In this document: in pieces, positions 49,901-63,097 of the stretch | How the letters are laid out: each line of letters opens with the position of its first letter | Numbering within the stretch: the stretch's first letter is position 1 | DNA from: Vicugna vicugna | Lineage: Eukaryota | Length of the DNA stretch: 64,000 nt | Direction of reading: 5' to 3' | NCBI GenBank assembly: GCA_013265495.1 | Contig: MU058059.1 | Span: forward strand, 2,953,502 to 3,017,501 | Position numbers and translations under genes: made by a program | The notes under the pieces: model-generated | Databases searched by the model: none | Told to the model about the DNA's origin: nothing | What the model saw: the letters and a program-made list of their open reading frames with translations, nothing else

Positions 49901-51910
49901 CTGGGGACTTGGTGACGAAGGGACGTATTTCTGCCGCAGCCTGTTTGTATTTTGGTTTTTGGTGACACAAGAGTGGCGGCCTCCCGATGTGGTGCAGTTC
50001 GTTGTCCGTGGAAGTTTTACTGTCCTGTTAGCAAAAGTGGAGAAGAAAGTGCAACTTCTAATAGCTGAGGAAGGTCTAGAAGTTTCTGTCGTGGACCAGC
50101 CTCCACAGAAGACATGGGAGCTGCTGTAGGTAAAGGAGTTGCCTCGCAGGACTTCAGGGGTCCTTCTCTGTGACCTTTCAAAGGCGAGGTTCAAACGGGG
50201 ACACATCTGTAATCAAACGATGCTAAGGTACGAGGCTCATAGATCTGTTTAAAAATAGCTTATATAATTATGTATTAAGATTAAAAGCAAACTAGTTTAG
50301 CCTCACGGGTAGAAAAGTTCGGCTTTTCTCAACAGAGTAGCTTGATCAGGCTGCTGTTGTAACATCTAAGAGTAAGGAGCTTGGGGCCAGTACCAGACGT
50401 GTTAAAACACGGAGGATTCTCACATTCTAAATGCAGAGTAGGGTGGGAATCCCAGCTGAAGCTGGCAGTGGAGCAGCTGGGCGACCTGGAGGCGCTCGTG
50501 TGCTGAACAGCTTGAGGGGCGGAGGGCGCCCCCGGGGGGCAGGGACTGGGGACGTTTCCGGGAGGTTGCAGATGACAGACCCAAGAGGACCGCCCCCCGC
50601 CAGGGCTGGACCTCCAGCGGTGGATCCTCTAGCATCTGCGGGGCACCTGCCCCACACTGGGCACTGCACAGCATCGGACACTTGACCACACTCAGCCAGT
50701 GGCCTGAAGTAACGCACAAGTAAACTGCAAAGCCTGGATTTGCAGTAGCTGGGCGGCCCCCTTCCCCGCCCCATCCGTCTTGTCGTGTCTGCACAGGGGA
50801 CAGAAGCAGGGGTGGGACTCGGGGCTGCTAAGACGTGAAGCAAATCGCCACCGTCTGACTGTCTGACGTCCTTCCAGCCTGAAGTGCAGATGAGCTCTGG
50901 TGTCCTGACAGTGGCCGAGCCAGTGACCAAGCTGCCTCCGGGGCCTCCCAGGGCTGCCTGGCTTAGCCTGGCACTGGCCTTAGCACGTCGGTGGTGGTGG
51001 CTTCGACCTCAGGCAGTCCCATGGTTTGTGAGCACCAGTCTTGTTCTTTAGGGAAACCAAACCCAAGCCACCCACTGGTTTTGGCACGGGAGGGGTCCAG
51101 TCAGGAGAGGACAGCTGGTACCAGTAAGCCTGGTGTTCTTACTCTCTCTGCTCTGTGGAGCAGAAAACCCTCATCCCGCGTGCCACGTTAGCTACTAGAG
51201 ATTCTCCTCTGTGCCTTATCTGTAAGGTAGGGATGCGTTCACACCCTTCGCTTAGCCGTTATTGGCACATAATAGTTGTTTATTGCTTGGAACAGTGCCT
51301 GTACCCGTGTTGGGAAAAAACAGGAACTTGACAGTGATGGAAAACATTGTTCAAGCACCGCTTGTACTTCCCTGAGAGTCACCCATACCTGATAGGAAGG
51401 TGAGGTCTCAGGTGTGGACAGAGGTGATCAGCCTTCCTGCATGCAGCGGAGCACCTGCTGGTCCTCCTTCCGTTAGGGCGGTGGGGACCCAGGGCAGGAA
51501 GTCGAGGGGAAGGATTCCTGCTGACGCTGCTTTGGCAGGTGCAACGTGCCGTGTGTCCCAGCCTGGTGCAGAGGGCCAGCGGCGCCTGCATCTGAGTTGG
51601 CTGTGAGCCCTGCAGCCAAGAGACAGCTTCCTGCAGGAGTTCAGTAATGTCTAAAACCACCACGGCAGACTCCACAGGGAGAAGTGATTCTGACCCCTTG
51701 CCTTGAAACAGCAGGCACTTCTGAATCAGAAGACACCTGACATTTTATAAATAGAAGCCCCCTCAAGGAGTGGACCAAACGGGGGGCTTCTGAGTTTCGT
51801 GTCCCACGGGCAGGGTGGCGCGGGCTGGCTGGCGGTGTGCAGAGGCTGGCTTTGGTCCGGGTGGCGGGTCAGGACGGGGCCTGTCTCACCCTCGCGTCCC
51901 CTCCCTGCAG

Positions 51911-52126
51911 AGGGAGGAGGAGCACCTCTGTGCCTGGAGGTGGCGGGAGCTGGAGGTGCAGGACTCTCTGCAGGAGCGGAGCTGGAGCGACGAGGGCCAC
52001 CTGCTGCAGCAGGAGCTGCGGTCCTGGAGGCAGAACGTCTTCCTCTTCTACGTCAAACTCAGGTGGCTCCTGAAACGCTGGCGGCAGGGGAAGCAGCTGG
52101 AGGAGGAAGGAGAGGACTTCACCGAG
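51911..52126 (+). CDS. MTCL1: MTCL1 coding exon, 216 nt ([17 protein letters not shown]...EEEGEDFTE)
   Basis: Acceptor ctccctgcag| and donor GAG|gtacct; 72 codons; contains the recognisable [22 protein letters not shown] segment. Confidence 0.92.
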
Positions 52127-52439
52127 GTACCTTGTGCCAGAGGTCGTTTTATCTGGACCCCCAGACCGTGCTGCCCCCTCCCCCTGCACACAAAGTCGTG
52201 TTCATTTACTTCAGACGACCTGGTCACGGCCCACCAGGCAGGGCGATGCCGCGGGCTGTCCGGTGCTGCCCTCGGAGCTCATTTAGGAGCGGCTGGTCCG
52301 TGACCCCCTCCTGCAGCCGAGTTCTGCTGCCATCTCTTTTGTTGCTGACGGATAAACTTGTTACACTTGTCACCCTGAGGTCCTTAGCTGTCTCATTCCA
52401 CTTTGCTGGTTGTACTTTAATTTGTAATTTAAAAAAAAA

Positions 52440-52558
52440 AGTGGTTTGGGGGTAATTAGGTATTTATTTATTTTTAGAGAAGATACTGGGGATTGAACCC
52501 AGGACCTCGTGCCTGCTAATAAGAATGCGCCCTGCCTTGTGAGCTATACCCTACCCGC
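52440..52558 (-). mobile_element. tRNA-derived SINE (camelid vic-1-like)
   Basis: ggtaattaggtatttatt...actggggattgaacccaggacctcgtgcctgcta...gagctataccc. Confidence 0.85.
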
Positions 52559-52584
52559 CTTAAAATTTTCTTAAGTTTTCCAAT

Positions 52585-52735
52585 TTTTTTAAACTTTTGT
52601 TTTTTCCTATCTTTTTCAGGGGGAGATAATTAGGTTATTCATTTTTTTAATGGAGGCACTGGGGATTGAACCCAGGACCTCGCGCATGCTAGGCACGTGC
52701 TCCACCACTGAGCTATGCCGCCCGCCGCTCCCCCC
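52585..52735 (-). mobile_element. tRNA-derived SINE (camelid vic-1-like)
   Basis: T-rich tail, taattaggttattc...tggaggcactggggattgaacccaggacctcgcgcatgctaggcacgtgctccaccactgagctat. Confidence 0.88.
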
Positions 52736-53658
52736 ACCATTTTGCTGGTTTGTTAGGCGTAGTTCTAAATCGTTCTCTGTTCTTTCCATTTTAGTTTTTG
52801 TTCGTAATTGCTAGAGCCTGCTCTGCCAAGGCAGTCGTGTATAAGTGTGTCCTCTGAGCCCCGAGGGGCACTTTCTGGACTTTGAAGTTCGTATATACTC
52901 TTCTTCCTGTGCTGCAGTTTCCCAGACTTAGAACAGAAGCAGAGCTAAGCGATCTGCTTTCCGATGGGTTTGTATCAGGGCAGAGGGGCTTCCCGCCCGG
53001 CAGGCTCCTTGCTGGCCTCACGGGCTGTGAGTGCAGGACCGGGACCGCAGGTTTTCCGTGGACTCTGAACGTCCCCCCGCAGCTGCCTTGTCGGCTGCTG
53101 CAAGCGACTGTGACTGTGGGCTCCTCTTACGCCCGGAGACCTTTAGTCTGCTTCCCACTCTCATGAGCAGGGTATGGAATTCTGAGTCATCCCACGTTTG
53201 GGGAGATACAATGACTCTTTCCTCAGGGTGAAGAGAGTCCTCAGTCAACTCGACCCATTTCCAGATATCCATGACCTTTTAGAAAACCCCATCATTAAGT
53301 AAAACTAGAAATAGCTGTAAGGTTTCCTGTTGATCAGTACTTTGTAGTTCCTCCTCCTCTAATTTATAAAACCGTAACTCTGATTGGTAATTCATAGACA
53401 AGTAAAAATTGTCATTGTCCAAGTAAGATATAAATAGTAAAATTTCTAACCTTTTCTGATCAACTGGGTACGCACTCCATGTGATTTACATGAAGTGGCC
53501 AGGGAGGGGAGTGGCCAAAACAAACTGCTCAGGGCAAAGGGCTGAGAAGGGAAGACGTGACAGCCCAAATGGTGGGTACTTATTCTCAGACACTAGAATC
53601 AGGCTGCACAGCGAAAAGGCCTGGGTGGAGCCATGACCATCATCTCCTGCTGTTTCAG

Positions 53659-53856
53659 GGCGAATTTCCGGAGGCCTTCCCCAGACTTGGGGAGCTGGGA
53701 GTCCAGGGGGACCTACAGGCAGACGGGCCGGCCCGAGATGACAGGGGCCCAGGCTGTGGCTTTCTGCTGGGAGAGCGCCCTGCACACCCCCCTGTGCAGG
53801 CCGGGGACCACGGAGCATGGCTGCTGCCCACGGACGGGGGACAGCTCCACAGGCAG
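53659..53856 (+). CDS. MTCL1: MTCL1 coding exon, 198 nt (GEFPEAFPRLGELGVQG...GQLHRQ)
   Basis: Acceptor ctgctgtttcag| and donor CAG|gtgggt; 66 codons in phase 0; resembles recalled GEHPETLSRLGELGVQG...GQPHKQ. Confidence 0.88.
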
Positions 53857-56800
53857 GTGGGTGCCTAGCTCCCAGCCCCTCGTTTGACCCACTCCTCGGA
53901 CGGGGGCTGCCGTGAGTTCATGGGCTGGTGGTCTGGCGAGGAGAGCTCTGGTTCGTTTGGCTTACACGTAAATAAGGATGTGGTATGGTCACCTTGACTG
54001 TGTCCCCTCCAGGCCAGCACGTGTACCTCAGGAGGAGGGAAAAACAGGACTGGCTAGAGTGGTCTGTGCCTTGTAAAGGTTGACCTTCCTTCCAAGGAGG
54101 GGAGACCCCAAGTGTAGCGCTCTCACCTGGGCCAGAGAAAGCACTGAGGGCTTGTGTGTGGATGTTGGCTGCGGGGCATCTGCCGTGTCCCTGAACTGGC
54201 AACACAGCGCACGAGAAGGAGAGAGCAAGTGTTTTAATCCCCAAATACGTGTAATGTGTTTCTGGTTCTTTTTAAGCCACACGAAACAGTATCTCAAATG
54301 AAAAGTATCTGATGACACTGGAAAAAAGCTGAAGTGCGTGTGAAGAGGTGGGGTTTCAATGTGTAACCGTTAAGTGACTGCCAGCATTGCCAAGCGTAAG
54401 CCCTGTGGAGTAAACCAAGAGACAGCATTGATGGCACTCAGATTTTTTGCACTTTGTACAAAACTGCAGCTGTGGTGGGTCTGGAGTGTTAAGACCCTGC
54501 GAGGCTGAAGCTTTCTTGCTCCTGAGCTTCTAGGCCTGGTCCCTCCTGCCCCCGTGTTGTTGAGGGTCCTGCGGGCAGAGCCTGGCCCTGGGCTGAGGCG
54601 CGGGGTGGGGTGGACCCCGAAGCAGCTGCAGCCACTTGGCCACAAACATCTTGGGCCCTCCGTCTCCCCCCTGGACTCCACAGCTGCGGCCCCTCCCTCG
54701 GCCCCGAGCGTCCTGGGGGAGAAGGCTGTCAGAGGAACCTGGGCGCAGATCCAAATGAGGAAAGTGGGAGTGTCCGTGCAAAGTCCTGGGAGAAGCGTGT
54801 GTCTACCCCCTCCTTTCTCTCCACGTAAACTCAGATTCTCACAAAGAGATTTTTTCTACGCATACCCGTCTACCCTTCATTTTCCCCAAGTAAGACTCAA
54901 GAAAGAGGCTGTACTTTCAAAGGAACTTTTAATTACACATAATAGAAAGTTTGTCACTATGCCAATGTCCACAAGGAGATTTTAGCTCATAGGATGCCTT
55001 TCCAGCAAATACCTAGTTAGAAGTAAAATGCTACTTTGCAAAAAATCGACCAGTTTTATTATTTTCCAAAGAGGTATCATCAGTCCTACGATGTGTCTGT
55101 GATTAACTCAGTTTTCCTGGGTTGTCGCTCAGCCACAGACCTGCTGCCTCTGAGACCGTGTGTTGCGTGCTTCCCATGCCCGCATCCAAATGCCTTGGAA
55201 AGGGGAGTGAGGAAGTAACACATCTGGGTTCCCAGACAACAGTCATGGGAAATTGCACCCTTGGGGTGGGAAACAACGTGAACTCACTCAGCTGGAACCC
55301 CACATCCTGTGTGTTTGAATGTCATCTCTCTACTGCCGCCTCCTTCCATTGCTGCATTCTCAAGCCCTTCCCCTTGAAAGCAGAGACAGACCTGCGAGTT
55401 TCCACCTTGTCTGGTGCACGCAGAGGCAGGTGGATGGGCGGGCAGGGTCGAGTCCACACGGGCAGCATCCCGTCTGCTGTGCGTGAACCCGTCTGTCCAT
55501 GGTCGCTGGCCGAGGACAGAGATGAAGGAGCTGTACTGTAAATGACAGCTGGGTCCCCGGGAGTGGGGGCGCATGCTCCAGGAGGAGGATGCCTGCCCTG
55601 TAGCCACGTGGGCGCCAGCCAGGCCCCTGGGTGCAGGAGCGGAGCACGTGTCTCAGGGAGCTGCCCTGCAGAGCCGCACGCTTCTCAGAAACTCGGAGAA
55701 CCTCCCAGGTGATAAGCAGAGTGGGAAGCACGGCATGCCTTCTTTCCCAGGGATAAATCTGCAAGTAACAGAACTTCCGAGGCCTTGCTCTCTACTTTGT
55801 GTTGTGCTGAACCCTCTCCCAGTGGAGCACAGTGGATGGCAATATTTATCATGTCAAAAGAGGTAAGAGGGAAAAGAATGACATGTATTGAGTCAATCTT
55901 GGAAGTAGTTCATAAGAAACCATCAGGTTGGAAGATGTTTGTCTCTGCAAACGTTCCTAGTTGACTGATGGGGCAGCAGGGACCTGACTGACCCGGGAAC
56001 AGTGAGCCTTCAGTTTGCTGCCTTCTGGAAGAGCCCAGGCTGGTGACAAGCTCCAGGACGCCCGCCACCGCAGTGAGCCCCGGAGCCCAGCCCACCGCGG
56101 CTGTGTGAGCACTTTGCACTCATTCGCAACCCCTGAGGTCGGGCTCTTTCACGCGGGATGGCTAACGCGCCGCAAGTACACCCCACGTCCCCAAAAGCCA
56201 GTCCCCCCAGAACTGGATTGACTGATTAAGAGAGAAGTGACGTTTTCATTCAGGGATGTGACATAATACTCTATCAAAGCGTCCAAGTGTGAATATGGAG
56301 ACCCTAACCTGAAACTCAGAGTGAGGCCTGATGAAGTTTGATGTTCGTCTGTAAGTCTTCAGCTGCCCCCGTCACTGAGGAGTCTCACTCAACATCCAGC
56401 CATAAGGCCGAGTGACTGCCCCCGGCCCCTCCGTCCCTGAGCCAGGCCCCATGTGCAGTGTAGCATCAGAGCCAGCCTTCCCGGGGCCGGAGCGCCTCTG
56501 GCTCTTGGACGCCTGGGACGTGGATTCACCAAGAGCCCAGAAGCCCGCGTGCTGGCCGCCACCTCCTACTCGGCCCAGGACGCCGAAAGTTCTGGAAAGA
56601 GCACGTCTGAGTGTCAGAACCGTGACCTGCCCTGACTTAATTTTTCAAATAAGGAAGCTCTTCTCTGGAGCCGAGGTAGTTTTTACTTCCGCGTACGGAA
56701 CCACGGTTTACTCCTCAGACTCGGAAACCTTCCCGCGCGCCGGGGCGCCCCACAGCGTCAGAGGGAAGGAGCCAGGCCAGCGCTGAGGCCGAGGGGGCCC

Positions 56801-59116
56801 TGGCTTCTGCGCGGTTTTGTTTCAGTTTCTGTGAAAACAACACGTGCAGGAGGTGGAAAGTCACAGGTACTTCACGGTACCTGAGAAAGGACCCTGTCGG
56901 CCCCAGTCCCACCTCCTGGAGCGGACTGGCTGGCAGTTTGAGACACCCCTTTGAGAGTGCGGAAGGAGATCTGGATCGGCTGATAGGCTTGCTCAGGAGC
57001 CCACTGGCCCCCTGGTCTCTGCGACACCTTTGCCTGATGACTCGGGGTCTGTACCTTATTAAACATACAAACAGTAGGCCTTTCACACCCCCACGTGCAT
57101 TCCTGGGAGGCTCTCGGTGAAAATTAGGGTGACCCGCAGGCAGAGAGCCCATGTGGTCCGGGAGCCCTGGTGGCTTCTCAGCCCGCTAAGTCCTGTACAC
57201 AAGTGAGTCTGTCCCCTCTGTCAGCTTCTATCATAGGTTATATTTTCACAGCCAGCCTTCAGTGAGTCATTCTCTTTTATCTGTGCGGGGATGATGGCTT
57301 TAGAAAAGAATCTTAAAATTAATCTGAATGTAACCATGAAGGCAAGAATGATAAGTGGCTGATTTATTCAGATGTTGCTTGAAGTGCAGCTGTATCCGTT
57401 CTGGCTAATCTCAGTGAAGGACGCGTCCTGGGGCGCCTGCTGCTGGAGGAGTTACTTTTATTGAACCTGCATGAGGCCCCGTCTGTATATGTATCAAGAA
57501 GAACTCTGTACAGCTGTGTGTGTGGGGGTCGCGGGGGCAGCCACCAGAGCCTTCTGGGACTCTCTGCCTATGTTTATAGCCCAAGTGAGTAGGAGGTAGA
57601 GGCCACCACCTCTGCTTTGTGACTGGCTTTTTGTAGGTCAGTCCGAAGCAGGTCAGTACCTCTGTTCCAACTTTAGATTAAACTCATCTCCAAAGTTAAT
57701 GGCTCCAAGGCAAGCAAAGTAGGTGATGGTAATTTAGCCCTTTCACAGAATGATGGTGCACACGGCTTGGAACTCAAAGGCAAAAGTGATTTTGTAAAAT
57801 AGCTGGCATTGCATCACAAATGGGTGTGTTAATCTTTCTAAACTTCCTTTTCGCTTTCTCTTAATGTTTGTCTTGTACTTGGATGGTAGTCCTGTTGGAA
57901 GCCCAGCCTTGAGTTTAACGCTTTATAGCACCGCCAAGCTCCTGATGCCAATTCTGGTAATTTAAGCCTTACCCAAGAGACAGGAGTTTGGCAGGGCTGA
58001 AATGCCTTTAGAATGAGGAGAAGGAATTGGTGGAACCATTTTATCCTGATTGTTTGCAAGAAAACCAATCGACTGATTTAAAGAGATTGAAAAGTTGGTC
58101 TTTTTAAATTGAAAACTGACAACGCTTACCAGATATATAAGCTAAAAAGTTGCAGAGTCGGCCTCCTTCACGGAAGGTTCAGAAGGCTGTCTCCAAGAAG
58201 ACTTTCACCTGATGATCTCTAAATGGACCAGATATTCCATTTTGATTCCATTCTTGATTTGGGTCTTTTTTACTGGAAACAGCTCAGCGAGGGCCACCAC
58301 TGGAGATGTGGTGAGAGGAGTAACTTCTAGGCATTCTTTCAGCATGACTCATTATTTCCCTTAATGTGGGGGATGGAATTTGCATCACAAAGATTAGACA
58401 GAGAAGCCATCTTTAAAAAAAGAAAAAAAGCCTGAACAGGGTCTGATGCCAGATTCAAATATCCTGGCTCTGGCTGTCGGCCTGGGGTGGCGCAGACCCA
58501 GAGGGCAGTCAGGCTCCACGCTTCCTCGCGGCCGGGCCACAGCAGGTGCACAGTCGCTGAGCACCGGGGCTCCGCACGTGACACAGGCATGTGACAGCGC
58601 TCACTCAAGGCTGATGTGAGATGCGGCCCCTGCAGGTGAATGACTGTCGCAGCCCCAGCCCGTGGGGGACTGTTAGTGTTAGCTACCATTCCTGGGTGGG
58701 TCTGTATGTGTAGCAGCCATTTGGAAGGACCGTGCCCAACTGTGGCTCATTCTGGGTCTTCAGAAATGTGCCCTGGGACATCGGTTCTTGCTGTTGTCCA
58801 CTGGGAGCTAGGCCGGCTGCTTGCTGGCCACGTGCTCCTCCTGGTAAGGACGGTGACAGGGACCATAACATTCACCCCCTTAGCTCCTGCTCCCTTTGGC
58901 CACTTTCATCCCAAAGCAATTTTGAGCTCATTCCACGATAATTTCAACAGAATACTGGGATAAAGGACATTTGGTTGATTACTCTGACCCAAATGTGCAT
59001 GAAAACATTAAGGCTTAATTTTATTTAATCTGATATCTGCTAATGCCAAAATGTACTTCTTTCCAGAGGAACCAGATTTTCAATTTGCAAAAAGAGTGTC
59101 TGGTGAACCCTGTTTT

Positions 59117-60334
59117 TTTTTTTTTAATTTCTGGTGTACAGCAAAATGCTTCAGTCACACGTGGACATACAGATAGCTGTTTTCATATTCTTTTTCACTG
59201 TAAGTTACAAGATACTGAATAGTTCCCTGCACTATACAGTATAAACTTCTTGTTTATTCATTCTATATATATCAGTTAGTATCTTCAAATCTCTCACTCC
59301 CAATTTATCCCCTCCCACCCTGTTCCCCCACAGGTAACTGCAAGTTTGTTCTCTATATCTGAGTCTGTTTCTGTTTTGCAAATAAGTTTGTCTTTTTTTT
59401 TTTTAAAGATTCCATATGTAAGTGATATCATAAGGTATTTCTCTTTCTGGCTTACTTTACTTAGAATGACGATCTCCAGGTCCATTCATGTTGCTGCAGA
59501 TGGCATTGTTTTATTCTTTTTGATGGCTGAATAGTATTCCACTGTATATATGTACCACATCTTTTTTATTCAGTCATCTGTTGATGGACATTCAGATTGC
59601 TTCCATGTCTTGGCTATTGTAAATAGTGCTGCTATGAACATTGGGGTGCATGGATCTTTTTGAAGTAAGGTTCCCTCTGGATATATGCCCAGAGGTGGGA
59701 CTGCTGGATCATAGGATAGGTCTGTTTTTACTCTTTTGAGGAATCTCCATTCTGTTTTCCATAATGGCTGCACCAAACTACATTCCCACCAATAGTGTAG
59801 GAGGGCTCCCTTTCCTCCACAGCCTCTCCAGCATTTATTGTTTGTGGACTTCTTAACGATAGCCATTCTGGCTGGCGTTAGGTGATACCTCATAGTAGTT
59901 TTGATTTGCATTTCCCTGATAGTGATATTTTGCATTTTTCACATGCCTATTGGCCATTTGTATGTCTTCACTGGAGAATGGCTTGTTTAAGTCTTCTGCC
60001 TATTTTTGGATTGGGTTGTTTGTCTTTTTCTTAAGTGGTATGAGCTTTTATATATTCTGGAAATTAAGCCCTTGTCAGTCTCATCTTTTGCAAATATTCC
60101 TCCCATTCAATAGGTTGTCCTTTTATTTCGCTTATGGTTCAGTTGTTGTGCAAAAGCTGTTAAGCTTAATCAGGTCCCATCTGTTTATTTTTGCTTTTAT
60201 TTCTGTTGCCTGGGTAGACTGCCCTAGGAGAACGCTGCTGAGATTTATGTTAGTGTTTTGCCTACGTTTTCTTCTACGAGGTGTATAGTCTTTAAGCCAT
60301 TTTGAGTTTATTTTTGTGCCTAGTGTGAGGGAGT
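59117..60334 (-). mobile_element. Young 5'-truncated L1 (~1.2 kb) with an intact 13-bp target-site duplication
   Basis: Minus ORF 59570..59935 ([20 protein letters not shown]...CWRGCG...[18 protein letters not shown]) is the L1 ORF2 C-terminus; tgaaccctgtttt at 59104-59116 and 60335-60347. Confidence 0.95.
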
Positions 60335-62387
60335 TGAACCCTGTTTTCAAGGAGCACAAAATTATGGTCCTAATGTTGTCACAGCTGTTTGTTACACAAC
60401 TAAGGACTACACAGCTGACCGTGTATATGACTTGGGGTTCATAGGGAGGTACTGATGACATGAGAATTTATTATATGACTTGCTGCTTTTTCTGCAATGA
60501 AAATGAGATGACTGCTTCAAAGACTGGATCAAAATTATTACTATTATTTTATGCTTAAAATACTTCAACTTAAAAAAGTAGTGGCTTTTTTAAAAATTTA
60601 AAATCCAAAGATGAAAATACCAAATAAAGCTGCCATAAAGTACACATAATTTTTCAGCAGACAAATTCTATACTTAGGAATATGTACATCTGTGACAAAG
60701 TTGTTGAACCCCTCACTCACTTGCACTGACATCACCTTTGAGTACTTTCGCCGTGGTTTACAGAGACCTCTGCGTTTGTTACAGGTTCTCACGCTTTATG
60801 AGCATCTCTTTGAGAACAGGGGCAATTTATTTCTACTCAGATGGTTGGAAAGAATGTGTAGGATTTTTAGGTTTTCTATCTGCTGAGTTTTGCAAATACT
60901 AACTGAAATGCCTTTCATCTCAGAGCCAAGCACAAACTGGTGTTCAAGGTGAGAAAAGGAGCAAAAAATGCCAACAAGTAGGATTTTCCACTCAATCAAA
61001 AATCAACTGTATCTAATAGTATCTTCAGATAAATTATGGAGAAAACTTTGGCGTTTTCAGTGATAAATCTACTCATGTCAAGGAATTTCTTTTCTGTCAA
61101 CTTTATTTAAATCCAAACATATATCCAAAGTATCTTAAATTCTTTCCAAATGTGGTTAACTGTTTTTGTGTACGTATATGTGTTTTGTGTGCTCACAAAA
61201 TGGTTTTAGAAGCATGACTGGCTCTCGACCTGATGGAGGAGAGGAGGCTGATAGGCGTGCAGACCCCAGGTTGGGGGACCCCTCCTTCCTGCCCTGTACG
61301 GGAGGTTGAGCACATAGGGGGATTCTTCAGAGAGCAAGGGGCTCTGTCCTCCCATATTACAGACAACCTCCATCCAGCAGGCCTGATAGAGCTCTCATTC
61401 CTCCTGCCTCGTACATACACCAAACAGACTGCCCTGAGACCCGTCTCGGGGCTTGTGATAGGCTTTTGGGGTTTTCTGTCTAATGGGAAGTGATGGGCGC
61501 ATGCAGCTTTTAGTACCCAGGTACCATAATTGATGCAGTGTGTGTAATTCATCTTGACAGACCTTTCTGATGTAATGCCCGTGCAGAAGCGTACTAATAA
61601 GATAGCAGTGGTGGGTTTGAAATGTGCTTCCAAAGGACTGGACAGGTTTTCAAATACATAAAACCTTTTAGGTGTAGGCAGATTAGTAATAAAAACCCAT
61701 TCTTCATGAATGAGACCTGTCCGAAGGCTTCCCGTGAGCCAAGCACCGGGGATGTGAGGGTGGGCCGGGCTCTGTCTCCCCCTCATCCCCCAGCTTAGAG
61801 GGTGGGGCACAGGATAAGCATGTGGGTGCGGCGGCTATTCCTGTGACCCATGAAGCAGAAAAGAGAGGGGCCATGATTCGGTCTCGGGGGCCCATGGGGA
61901 AGCCTTCATGAACAGGTGAAGAACTTACCTTTGGCTGAGTTAAGAAACCTCACAAGCCAGCCCTGCCCATGACCATGCTGATGTATATGTGACCTCTTAG
62001 TAACCACGAGTCGGATGGGACCAGCTCTCTTGGTTCAACGGTGTACACAAGAGGGTATGTAACTCATCATATCTCTGCACTGCAGCCGAAGCTGGGACAT
62101 CTGAGGTCCTGCGGGGGCTCCTGACAGCCCCGACCCAGCTCCCGCTGGCCTCCTGCCCCACAGCTCCCCCAATGCTCCTGGGCCAGAGAGCACTTCTGTT
62201 CAGCCTCCTGATCCCCGAGCCCACGGCAGCCTCAGCCCCTGCGGAGGGGTCCCAGGCTCTCCCACTAACCGTGCAGATTCCCGCCCACCTGGGATACAGC
62301 CCAGCACCGGCCCCGCCTCGGTCACCGCGCTCCTGTCTCCTCCCTTACGCGTGACGGCAGGCCCACCGTGTCACCGTGTCCCCGCAG

Positions 62388-62555
62388 GTGGCGGAGAACC
62401 AGCAGCTGTTCTGCGCACTCAGGGCCCTGCTGGAGGACCTGCGCTCCGAGCTGCGGGAGGACGCGCGTGCCCGGTGGCGGCTGCAGCAACAGTATGCGCG
62501 CGACAAGGCGGCCTGGGACGTGGAGTGGGCGGCGCTCACCTGCCGCCTGGAGCAG
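62388..62555 (+). CDS. MTCL1: MTCL1 coding exon, 168 nt ([22 protein letters not shown]...LTCRLEQ)
   Basis: Acceptor gtccccgcag| and donor CAG|gtatga; 56 codons; contains the SOGA-family [16 protein letters not shown] motif. Confidence 0.93.
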
Positions 62556-62687
62556 GTATGACCCCCGGGGGACGAGGCGGGCAGAGTCCCGGATCACAGG
62601 GCCCCTAGCCGGGGACACCATCCCTGCCCAGGAGCGTTTCAGAAGCAGCATTTATCTTCCCATTCTGCCTTGAACAGAGCTGTCTAT

Positions 62688-63097
62688 TTTTATTGTTCAA
62701 TTTACTTAAACTAAAAACAGAAAGAGTTCACCCATTCCCAGTCCCCTTCTCCCCTGCAACCATCAATCTCTTCTGTGTATCTGTGAGCTTGGCTTCATCT
62801 ATGTGTTTATTTTTAGATTCCACATACACATGAGATCTTACAATATTTCTTGCTCTGACTTACTTCACTTAGCATAACGCCCTCAAGGTCTATCCATCCA
62901 TGTTGTAACAAATGGTGAAATTTCGTTCTCTTTCATGGCTGAGTAGTATTCCGTGGTGTATACACCACACTGTCCTTATCCGGCCATCCTACGATGAACA
63001 CTTGGGTTGCGTCTCTTCTTGACTACTGTAAACAATGCTGCAGTGAGCGTGGGGGTGGAGAGAAATACGTTTCCAAGGAAGTGTTTTCCTTTTCCTC
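62688..63097 (-). mobile_element. L1 (L1MA-like) 3' portion
   Basis: ttttagattccacatacacatgagatc...tctgacttacttcacttagcataacgccctcaaggtc...atggctgagtagtattcc. Confidence 0.85.

Noticed and set aside
50400..50500. Coiled-coil-looking peptide QLKLAVEQLGDLEALVC as the missing cassette exon
   Set aside because: Ends in a stop, lacks a proper pyrimidine tract and donor, and does not resemble the recalled exon.
59570..59935. Reverse-transcriptase-associated ORF as an active element or novel system
   Set aside because: Only the broken C-terminal end of L1 ORF2 in a 5'-truncated copy; the same applies to 17698-17946.
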